6,906 nucleotides of DNA, from IMG/VR virus record IMGVR_UViG_2617270945_000017; one strand, given 5' to 3'. Made by a program: the position numbers and the translations under genes. The notes below the pieces were generated by a model. It did no database searches, was not told the origin of the DNA, and was given only the letters and a program-made list of their open reading frames with translations. Numbering within the stretch: the stretch's first letter is position 1; the number at the start of each line of letters is the position of its first letter. Shown piece by piece: positions 1-6,906 of this stretch. Source of the stretch: a virus (lineage: Duplodnaviria; Heunggongvirae; Uroviricota; Caudoviricetes).

Positions 1-1175
<1,175 letters not shown>

Positions 1176-1308
1176 CTAACCATATACTTTGGTAAAAATG
1201 ACTGTTACGGAACAGACCATAGTAATGCCTGCTATTGGCACGGAGCGGGCTGCCTGAGCGCCGTGGGGTCTGCAAACGGTAAGCATACCGATAACTATAC
1301 GCTTGGCC

Positions 1309-1728
1309 TTAGTAACTTTTGCTCCCCTCAATAAATCCGCCATCTTTTATCGGACTGCAATGTCCTTCTTCATCAATCAGTTGCTCGTCTTTCAGGTAGG
1401 TATATCGATAGATAATTGAGCCATTATCCATCTCACCATTGGTTCGTTTCATTAGGAGAGTAAAATGTAACGGGCTGTCCCTATATCGAGCTATTCCATG
1501 AATATTGGCAAGTACCTCATATTGACGCTCAGGTGATAACCCTTTAAATACATCGAGATATCCATGGAATGTTCCATAGAGTGAAGAAGTGTAGATCAGT
1601 CGCTGCTCTGGACCAGTAACTTTAAGAGTAATTTGTTCACCCGTATTACAGGTTAGCTTGGCGGGAAATGTCTCAGCCTGAGCAGAAGAAATAGTCAAGC
1701 TTAAAATTATCAGGTAGCAATATTTCAT
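1309..1728 (-). CDS. Small secreted or periplasmic hypothetical protein, about 139 aa, in a low-GC island
   Basis: ATG at 1728 gives MKYCYLIILSLTISSAQA|ETFPAK..., a typical Sec signal peptide with an AQA cleavage motif. The mature part has two Cys. The region is visibly AT-rich compared with its flanks. The Shine-Dalgarno is weak; the longer ORF in the track to 1830 would need a TTG start and would bury the signal peptide. Confidence 0.55.
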   Translation of the reverse strand: MKYCYLIILSLTISSAQAETFPAKLTCNTGEQITLKVTGPEQRLIYTSSLYGTFHGYLDVFKGLSPERQYEVLANIHGIARYRDSPLHFTLLMKRTNGEMDNGSIIYRYTYLKDEQLIDEEGHCSPIKDGGFIEGSKSY

Positions 1729-2043
1729 GTGATTAGAATGTCCAAAACTAACATGTATACTCGGGATTCTATAACTAGTTGGATGTAGACCCAAGATGTA
1801 TTGGACTATTCTTCGGTTGTAGTTGGTCAAATCATATATTTTATGTCAGCAATGTCTACTTTTGGCACATAGCAGACCAGAGACACTGGCGTAAAGCCAT
1901 GGAGGATCGGTGGGAGGAGGTAAAAATCCTCTCATGCAAAAAATACGCAAAATCGATAACAGTTGGAAATCATTCAATACTCGCACTATCGGAAGTTCAC
2001 CAGCCAGCCGCAGCACGTTCTTGCATACGACGAGCCTGCGGTT

Positions 2044-2598
2044 TCATTTATCTCCGACCGGAAACATCTTATACAGTGTCGATACACCAACATCATAGAT
2101 GATCGCTACCTTCTGGCGAGGAATTCCTGCTGCAATTAATCGTCCGGCCTGCTCCCATTGTTCTGGTGTAAGTTTGGGGCGACGTCCACCAATTCGTCCC
2201 TGTGCGCGAGCTGCTTCCAGTCCAGCTTTTGTTCGTTCAACAATCAGTTCACGCTCCATTTCAGCGAGGGCACCCATCACATGAAAGAAAAAGCGCCCCA
2301 TTGGGGTACTGGTATCAATTGAATCCGTCAGACTACGAAAGTTGATACCTCGTTCGCGCAACTCCTCCACCAGCACGACAAGATGCCGCATACTGCGCCC
2401 CAGTCGGTCCAGTTTCCAGACCACCAGCGTGTCACCTGCCGATAATGTCCTGAGCAGCTTTTTCAGTCCTGGTCTGTCGGACTTTGTACCGCTTATCTTG
2501 TCTTCAAAAATCAGCTCACATCCTGCACAGTTCAGCGCATTACGTTGTAGATCGGTATTCTGGTCATTTGTTGATACACGTACATAGCCAATAAGCAT
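2044..2598 (-). CDS. Serine recombinase, DNA invertase of the Hin/Gin/Cin/Pin family, 184 aa
   Basis: ATG at 2598 is preceded by AGGGGGA 7 nt upstream. The N-terminus MLIGYVRVSTNDQNTDLQRNAL has the catalytic-Ser motif of small serine recombinases; the protein also has GRIGGRRPKLT and a C-terminal HTH (VGVSTLYK). It resembles E. coli e14 Pin and phage Mu Gin over its whole length, from memory. The 196-aa ORF in the track starts 12 codons further upstream. Confidence 0.88.
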   Translation of the reverse strand: MLIGYVRVSTNDQNTDLQRNALNCAGCELIFEDKISGTKSDRPGLKKLLRTLSAGDTLVVWKLDRLGRSMRHLVVLVEELRERGINFRSLTDSIDTSTPMGRFFFHVMGALAEMERELIVERTKAGLEAARAQGRIGGRRPKLTPEQWEQAGRLIAAGIPRQKVAIIYDVGVSTLYKMFPVGDK

Positions 2599-2655
2599 GT
2601 TAAATCCCCCTGGTAAAAGCAGGAATGATGCCATTTGCTCGTTATTTCTGCATTT

Positions 2656-3217
2656 TCATATACGAAGGTTTTCGAGAGCCGTTTTCACCGTGCCATCCGA
2701 TTTGATATCACCAAACGGATTCTTGCGGCTTAACAGCAGAGCACGAAGCGCGGTAAGCAACTGGTCGTTTCGCCCCTTCTCCAGGCTGGCACCGGATGCC
2801 TCCACCACGCTGCAAAGCTCCTCCTGCAACATATCAAAGTAGTCATCATCCAGATCGGTGGCAGGTGTGCCGGTCTGGGGGTTACCACGGGTATAAGCCC
2901 CTGGACTCCAGTTCTTCCGCCTGGCGGGTCAGGCACAAAATCTCCCGCGGGTCGTTAGTGCCGACATAGAAATTGCGCACAGGTCTGGTTTCACGAACTG
3001 GTTGCGGTTCCGCCTCCTGCGCTCTCTCAGTCAGGCGCGGGAAATGTCTGCGTGTATCTCCTTCACAACGGTGAGCCACACGCCCACTCTGACGTAACTT
3101 GCTTGCTGACTGCAGAACGCGCTGCCGTGAGTAACCTGCAAAAGCATCCGCAATGTCTCCGGAAGTACACCCCGGATGGGCTTCAATGAATTTCTGAACT
3201 TCATTCAAAAGACTCAT
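2656..3217 (-). pseudogene. Phage early gene split by a frameshift into two fragments (2882..3217 and 2656..2928); N-terminal part looks winged-helix-like
   Basis: ATG at 3217 with GGGGGTGA upstream, 2 nt after the TGA stop of the replication gene. This frame stops at 2882..2884. The +1 frame is open from 2928 to a TGA at 2656..2658 and reads as plausible protein ([30 protein letters not shown]...[14 protein letters not shown]...) with no start codon of its own. A CCCC run at 2898..2901 sits in the overlap. Confidence 0.5.
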
Positions 3218-3219
3218 AA

Positions 3220-4110
3220 TCACCCCCTGAATCCTGCCGGGATCTGGCTGTAGTCCACATTGTCGTAACTGGCTTTGAAGTACGGGTCTTCACGTTTTTC
3301 TGTGTGCGTGCTGACGGACGGCGATAAGCGCAGGGAAAGCTCATCCCATTTTTCCCGCAACTTCGACGGGCTGAGCACGTTACGGCACCAGAACGGATCG
3401 CGGCTGACGCGGCTGTACATCTCGCAGATTTGTTTGTGAGTACGACCATCCTGCACACACATCAGGCGAATTTCGTTTGCCCAGGCTGTCCAGTTAGGTT
3501 CTTTGGGACGAACCACCTCGCCGTCACATTCGGCGGCCTGCTCGTACAGGGCGATGATTTTTTTCCAGAGCCACTGTGCGCAGGTCAAATCATCCTGCGT
3601 TCCCCACTGGCGCTTTTTAGGGCTGAATACAACCGCATCAGGATGGCGAGTTAAAAAATCCTGTTCATCCATCTGCGTGTCCGGTTGCGAAGCGTCCGGA
3701 CGAGAAGGTTTTTTATCTGATGGATCATGTTTTGATTTTACTGACGGATCCCCGCCAGATTCTGACGGGTGAAAACCCGCTTTTTTGCCAGATTTCGACG
3801 CATCAAATTTTGACGGGTCAGATTTTGATGCGTCAGATTTTGACGGGTCAGAATCTGACAGTTGAGAAAATGCCGCTGCCTGAAGCTTCGCAACGTTAAG
3901 CTGATAAACATTCGACGCATTGCGGTTATCCGGTCTTAAGTCAGATTTCGTAATTGCACCTGACGTGCATTGCTCAAGTTTTTTAGCCAGCACAAAACTG
4001 GCTTTTTTATAGCCATTGAAAACCAGCCGTAAGTAGCCAGGTGTTGAGCCAACTTTTCCGGCCAACTCGCCCTGCTGTTCTTTGGTTAAAGAGTCCCAAT
4101 ACGCTTTCAT
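3220..4110 (-). CDS. Replication-initiator-like protein with N-terminal Cro/YdaS-like HTH and an iteron-encoded repeat linker (lambda O-like architecture), about 296 aa
   Basis: ATG at 4110 with GGAGGT 9 nt upstream. The N-terminus MKAYWDSLTKEQQGELAGKVGSTPGYLRLVFNGYKKASFVLAKKLEQCTSGAITKSDLRPD resembles YdaS/Cro-type HTH proteins, including the ...LRPD ending. The middle has pentapeptide repeats (SKSDA/SKSDP/SKFDA) encoded by tandem 15-bp DNA repeats. It sits directly divergent from the repressor. The C-terminal domain was not identified. The 381-aa ORF in the track is an upstream extension. Confidence 0.7.
   Translation of the reverse strand: MKAYWDSLTKEQQGELAGKVGSTPGYLRLVFNGYKKASFVLAKKLEQCTSGAITKSDLRPDNRNASNVYQLNVAKLQAAAFSQLSDSDPSKSDASKSDPSKFDASKSGKKAGFHPSESGGDPSVKSKHDPSDKKPSRPDASQPDTQMDEQDFLTRHPDAVVFSPKKRQWGTQDDLTCAQWLWKKIIALYEQAAECDGEVVRPKEPNWTAWANEIRLMCVQDGRTHKQICEMYSRVSRDPFWCRNVLSPSKLREKWDELSLRLSPSVSTHTEKREDPYFKASYDNVDYSQIPAGFRG
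3737..3862. repeat. Iteron array, putative phage replication origin embedded in the replication gene
   Basis: 15-bp units of form TCAGATTTTGACGGG: four contiguous copies at 3803..3862 (TCAAATTTTGACGGG, TCAGATTTTGATGCG, TCAGATTTTGACGGG, TCAGAATCTGACAGT), two more at 3755..3769 and 3788..3802, and a partial copy near 3737. An AT-rich stretch lies alongside at about 3700..3745. Confidence 0.65.
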
Positions 4111-4112
4111 AC

Positions 4113-4137
4113 AATATGTACCTCCGGTGTACATATT
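4113..4137. promoter_or_regulatory. Palindromic operator candidate overlapping the Shine-Dalgarno and start of the Cro-like gene
   Basis: AATATGTAC-ctccggt-GTACATATT is a perfect 9-bp inverted repeat with a 7-bp spacer. It shares the core TGTAC-N7-GTACA with the sites at 4165..4185 and 4921..4939. Confidence 0.6.
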
Positions 4138-4164
4138 ACATGATTGAAATGAACCTTCAAGATA

Positions 4165-4185
4165 CTTGTACCTTAACGGTACAAG
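4165..4185. promoter_or_regulatory. Palindromic operator candidate overlapping the -35 of the repressor promoter
   Basis: CTTGTACC-ttaac-GGTACAAG is a perfect 8-bp inverted repeat. Candidate repressor promoter on the + strand: -35 TTGTAC (4166..4171), 17 bp, -10 TTTAAT (4189..4194), with the transcription start near the A of the ATG at 4201. Candidate promoter for the Cro-like gene on the - strand: TTGAAG, about 16 to 17 bp, TAATAT. Confidence 0.6.
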
Positions 4186-4200
4186 GGTTTTAATTTCGTT

Positions 4201-4875
4201 ATGAAAACAATCCATGACATCCGGCGGTCTAACGCCAGAAAACTGAGAGATGGTGTTGGCGGGAATTCTTCCTTTGCCACTATGATTGATCGCGAGCCAA
4301 CCCAGACCAGCAGGTTTATGGGAGATGGTGCTACTAAAAATATCGGTGACAGCATGGCACGACACATCGAAAAATGTTTCGACCTACCTGTCGGATGGCT
4401 CGATCAAGAACACCAGACAACGAACATCACAAAAAAACCTGATGTTTCAATCACTAATAAACAAATCACATTAGTCCCTGTCATATCATGGGTACAGGCC
4501 GGAGCATGGAAAGAAGTTGGATATTCTGAGGTTGATTTGAGCACAGCAGAAACGTATCCCTGCCCTGTACCCTGTGGGGAAATGACTTATATCTTGCGGG
4601 TGATAGGTGATTCAATGATTGATGAGTACCGCCCGGGAGACATGATTTTTGTCGATCCTGAAGTACCTGCCTGCCACGGTGACGACGTTATTGCATTGAT
4701 GCACGATACAGGTGAAACCACCTTCAAAAGGTTAATAGAAGATGGGACACAGCGTTATCTCAAAGCGTTAAACCCAAACTGGCCTGAGCCTTACATTAAG
4801 ATCAACGGTAATTGCTCTATAATTGGTACAGTGATTTTCTCAGGAAAACCAAGAAGATACAAAATCAAAGCCTAA
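4201..4875 (+). CDS. CI-like phage repressor with XRE-type HTH and LexA/S24 autopeptidase domain, 224 aa
   Basis: The C-terminal domain carries the S24 Ser-Lys dyad motifs (RVIGDSM... and ...TTFKRL) and WVQAG upstream. The N-terminus has an HTH-like ...IGDSMARHIEKCFDLPVGWLD. The gene is divergent from the Cro-like gene across the operators. There is no Shine-Dalgarno before the ATG at 4201, which fits a leaderless transcript. Confidence 0.85.
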   Translation: MKTIHDIRRSNARKLRDGVGGNSSFATMIDREPTQTSRFMGDGATKNIGDSMARHIEKCFDLPVGWLDQEHQTTNITKKPDVSITNKQITLVPVISWVQAGAWKEVGYSEVDLSTAETYPCPVPCGEMTYILRVIGDSMIDEYRPGDMIFVDPEVPACHGDDVIALMHDTGETTFKRLIEDGTQRYLKALNPNWPEPYIKINGNCSIIGTVIFSGKPRRYKIKA

Positions 4876-4887
4876 TCAATGTTTATG

Positions 4888-4911
4888 AACCTGCTTCGGC
4901 AGGTTTTTTTA
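4888..4911 (+). terminator. Rho-independent terminator after the repressor gene
   Basis: AACCTGC-TTCG-GCAGGTT is a 7-bp GC-containing stem with a UUCG loop, followed by a run of seven T. It starts 13 bp after the repressor TAA. Confidence 0.85.
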
Positions 4912-4914
4912 TAC

Positions 4915-4947
4915 TTGACAATGTACCTTTGAGATACATAATGTACC
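4915..4947 (+). promoter_or_regulatory. Near-consensus sigma-70 promoter with an embedded operator copy (PL-like)
   Basis: -35 TTGACA (4915..4920), 16-bp spacer, -10 CATAAT (4937..4942). The spacer contains ATGTAC-ctttgag-ATACAT (4921..4939), the same TGTAC-N7-(G/A)TACA motif as the two operators at 4113..4185. A second ATGTACC follows at 4941..4947. Confidence 0.65.
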
Positions 4948-5119
4948 CAAGAGAAACAACGAACAGGCAGGACGCCCACGAAGTAGCCGCCTGGGGCATA
5001 TGAAGTCCAGGATGATTCGTTGAGTCATGTTGTGCCACTAGGCACTCATGTTAAAGCAGGTGTATGAAATGAAAGTCCAGATTTTAAACAATAACTGTGA
5101 AGTCGTTTGGGCGTAAAAC

Positions 5120-5326
5120 ATGACCGCGCGTAGACCAAGGGAGGAAAAAGTGGGAATAGTTAGAAATCAAGCAGATATATTGAAAATCAGCTCTGAATTG
5201 CTTGGAGTTTTGAAAAGTGAGCTCACCGCACATGGCATCGAGCCCACTGACGAAAATTTAAGTTGGGTTTTGTCGATTATTCAACAATCACTCAAGCCCA
5301 GCCTCAGCAAACTTTTTATCGAGTAG
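5120..5326 (+). CDS. Small hypothetical protein, 58 to 68 aa; start ambiguous between ATG 5120 and GTG 5150
   Basis: GTG at 5150 is preceded by AGGGAGG with a 5-nt spacer. ATG at 5120 has no Shine-Dalgarno but lies 3 nt after the stop of a 15-codon ORF (5069..5116) that has a good AGGTG site, so translational coupling is possible. No homology recognised. Confidence 0.45.
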   Translation: MTARRPREEKVGIVRNQADILKISSELLGVLKSELTAHGIEPTDENLSWVLSIIQQSLKPSLSKLFIE

Positions 5327-5479
5327 TGCTTCGAACTTATCGTAAAGCTTGCTTATGTCGTCTATCGGGTTTTCTGACGTACTGTAATTTTTATCTGATG
5401 TCATGGCAGCAGTCTGATATGCAGTGTGTGTCTTAACCGATAGTTGGAATAAATAAAGAATTTTTTCTTCTTTGGTCAT
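5288..5479 (-). CDS. Small hypothetical protein, 63 aa, AT-rich, convergent with and overlapping the previous ORF
   Basis: ATG at 5479 with AAGGA about 8 nt upstream gives MTKEEKILYLFQLSVKTHTAYQTAAMTSDKNYSTSENPIDDISKLYDKFEALLDKKFAEAGLE. Its 3' end overlaps the ORF 5120..5326 by 39 bp. No homology recognised. Confidence 0.45.
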   Translation of the reverse strand: MTKEEKILYLFQLSVKTHTAYQTAAMTSDKNYSTSENPIDDISKLYDKFEALLDKKFAEAGLE

Positions 5480-5770
5480 AACTATTTCCTTCTTGGCTAT
5501 ATGAAAACACCAAGATACCACCGAGCCTGAAGTGGTGAAAAGACAGGCACATAACAGCTAAGTATTTTCAACCAGAGAGAATCCTTAGCGTTGTGGTGAA
5601 TGCGGCTCAGCGCACGCGGGTTAAGGTTGAGGCTGACAGTCGACCTTCTGTGGATACCCACCCGCCTGGTGTGCAACCTTCGCCAGGCACCGGGAGGCAC
5701 CCGGTACCACAACTTTATGCTGTGTGTAGTCCTCGCGGTACCAGTTTGTACACTTGCTTCCGGCTGGTAT

Positions 5771-5870
5771 CGCTCTTTTTACAAAACAGAGAAGAACATC
5801 ACCGGACGACGGGCTCATAACCCAATCCATCCGGGCGGCAGTCACCGCAGGTGTTCTTCTCTGTTTTGTG
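5771..5870 (+). promoter_or_regulatory. boxA-like motif followed by a long perfect hairpin in the leader of the downstream operon
   Basis: CGCTCTTTTTACAA at 5771..5784 resembles the boxA consensus (CGCTCTTTA / TGCTCTTTAACAA). ACAAAACAGAGAAGAACA at 5781..5798 is the exact reverse complement of 5852..5869, giving an 18-bp perfect stem around a roughly 50-nt loop. It ends about 35 nt before the Shine-Dalgarno of the CDS at 5918. Confidence 0.4.
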
Positions 5871-5917
5871 GAGAAACCAACCGACCTTGCAGGGTCGATA
5901 TGATGAGGAGCAGCAAA

Positions 5918-6280
5918 ATGGCTAGCGAACGCAGTACTGATGTGCAGGCATTTATCGGGGAGCTGGACGGCGGCGTATTTGAAACCAAAATCGGCGCAGT
6001 TCTCAGTGAAGTCGCTTCCGGTGTGATGAACACGAAAACCAAAGGTAAGGTCTCACTCAACCTGGAAATCGAACCATTTGATGAGAACCGTGTGAAAATC
6101 AAACACAAACTCTCATATGTTCGCCCGACTAACCGCGGGAAAATTTCCGAAGAAGACACCACCGAAACGCCGATGTATGTCAATCGCGGTGGTCGCCTGA
6201 CTATTCTGCAGGAAGACCAGGGACAGTTACTGACTCTTGCCGGTGAACCTGACGGAAAACTCCGCGCAGCAGGTCGTTAA
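5918..6280 (+). CDS. Conserved hypothetical prophage protein, 120 aa (possibly YfdP-like, recalled from memory only)
   Basis: ATG at 5918 with GAGGAG 7 nt upstream gives MASERSTDVQAFIGELDGGVFETKIGAVLSEV... The long upstream extension of the 226-aa ORF in the track is Arg/Cys/Leu-rich and lies in the GC-rich structured region, so I treat it as non-coding. Confidence 0.7.
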   Translation: MASERSTDVQAFIGELDGGVFETKIGAVLSEVASGVMNTKTKGKVSLNLEIEPFDENRVKIKHKLSYVRPTNRGKISEEDTTETPMYVNRGGRLTILQEDQGQLLTLAGEPDGKLRAAGR

Positions 6281-6345
6281 TATCGTTTTTAATTAACTGA
6301 TTATTTATCTCATCACTGAATATCTTTATATAGTGAGGACTTATT

Positions 6346-6906
6346 ATGTCTCAGAACTTAGACGCAACCGCAATTAATCAAATCCATGCCCTTATTTCTG
6401 CTCAGGGTGTTAATGAAATTATCAGTAAGATTGGTGCCGATGCTGTGGCATTGCCTGAGAATTTCCGCATTCATGATCTGGAAAAATTTAATTTAAATCG
6501 CTTCCGTTTCCGTGGTGCGCTTTCCACTACCAGCATCGATGACTTTACCCGTTATTCTAAAGATCTTGCAGATGAAGGCACCCGCTGCTTTATCGATGCT
6601 GATAATATGCGTGCCGTCAGTGTGCTTAACCTGGGTACTATTGATGAACCAGGTCACGCAGATAACACCGCCACTCTCAAACTGAAAAAGACAGCACCGT
6701 TCTCTGCTCTGTTGTCTGTTAACGGCGAGCGTAACTCCCAGAAGTCACTGGCAGAATGGATTGAAGACTGGGCCGACTATCTTGTGGGCTTTGATGCTAA
6801 TGGTGACGCTATTCAGGCAACAAAAGCGGCTGCGGCAGTCCGTAAAATCACGATTGAAGCAAACCAGACCGCTGATTTTGAAGATAATGACTTCAGCGGC
6901 AAACGC
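6346..6906 (+). CDS. Conserved hypothetical prophage protein, 3'-partial, runs off the window (possibly YfdQ/DUF2303-like, recalled from memory only)
   Basis: ATG at 6346 with GTGAGGA 5 nt upstream. The frame is open for 187 codons to the window end: [48 protein letters not shown]... Confidence 0.75.
   Translation, partial: MSQNLDATAINQIHALISAQGVNEIISKIGADAVALPENFRIHDLEKFNLNRFRFRGALSTTSIDDFTRYSKDLADEGTRCFIDADNMRAVSVLNLGTIDEPGHADNTATLKLKKTAPFSALLSVNGERNSQKSLAEWIEDWADYLVGFDANGDAIQATKAAAAVRKITIEANQTADFEDNDFSGKR

Noticed and set aside
1779-2102. Plus-strand ORFs 1779..2102 and 1910..2098 between the low-GC gene and the invertase
   Set aside because: They overlap the 3' end of the invertase gene on the opposite strand, have no convincing ribosome-binding site at a sensible distance, and give low-complexity translations.
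2599-2630. TTCCTG...ACC...GG motif just upstream of the invertase start, which superficially resembles a gix/hix crossover half-site
   Set aside because: There is no dyad symmetry and no AAACC-NN-GGTTT core. The G-rich part is better explained as the Shine-Dalgarno of the invertase gene.
2597-2936. ORFs 2597..2842(+) and 2730..2936(-)
   Set aside because: They are alternative frames of the frameshifted gene region with Ser/Arg/Pro-rich translations. The real coding frames are the two described under the pseudogene.
3430-3920. ORFs 3430..3654(+), 3503..3772(+) and 3738..3920(-) overlapping the replication gene
   Set aside because: The translation of 3738..3920 (LTRQNLTHQNLTRQNL...) is just the iteron repeats read in another frame. 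All three are alternative-frame artefacts inside a well-supported CDS.
4843-4860. GAAAACCAAG, matching ten bases of the hixL left half
   Set aside because: It has no symmetric right half, lies inside the repressor coding sequence, and is most likely a chance match.
5497-5917. ORFs 5497..5712(-), 5593..5820(+), 5621..5845(-), 5842..6183(-) and the N-terminal extension of 5600..6280
   Set aside because: These are mutually overlapping ORFs on both strands in a GC-rich region, with Arg/Cys/Pro-rich translations and no ribosome-binding sites. That pattern fits structured non-coding sequence better than protein.

Overview
This window reads as the immunity and replication region of an enterobacterial lambdoid-type prophage, interrupted on the left by an IS5-family insertion sequence. 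From left to right: (1) an IS5-like element (1..1175, truncated by the window start) with an intact InsH-type transposase and a CTAA target-site copy; (2) a low-GC gene for a small signal-peptide protein; (3) a Hin/Gin/Pin-family serine DNA invertase; (4) a gene split by a frameshift; (5) a replication-initiator-like gene with a Cro/YdaS-like N-terminal HTH and an array of 15-bp iterons inside its linker-coding region; (6) a divergent control region with two palindromic operators sharing a TGTAC-N7-GTACA core; (7) a CI-like repressor with a LexA/S24 autopeptidase domain, apparently leaderless; (8) an intrinsic terminator followed by a near-consensus promoter carrying a third operator copy; (9) small convergent overlapping ORFs; (10) a GC-rich structured leader with a boxA-like motif and an 18-bp perfect inverted repeat; (11) two conserved prophage genes, the last running off the window. 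I found no rRNA, tRNA or CRISPR array. All calls come from reading the sequence and recalling protein families; no database search was run. I could not identify a single clearly novel system; the best candidates for follow-up are the invertase in its atypical context with the adjacent low-GC cargo gene, the small convergent genes downstream of the repressor, and the structured leader at 5590..5900.
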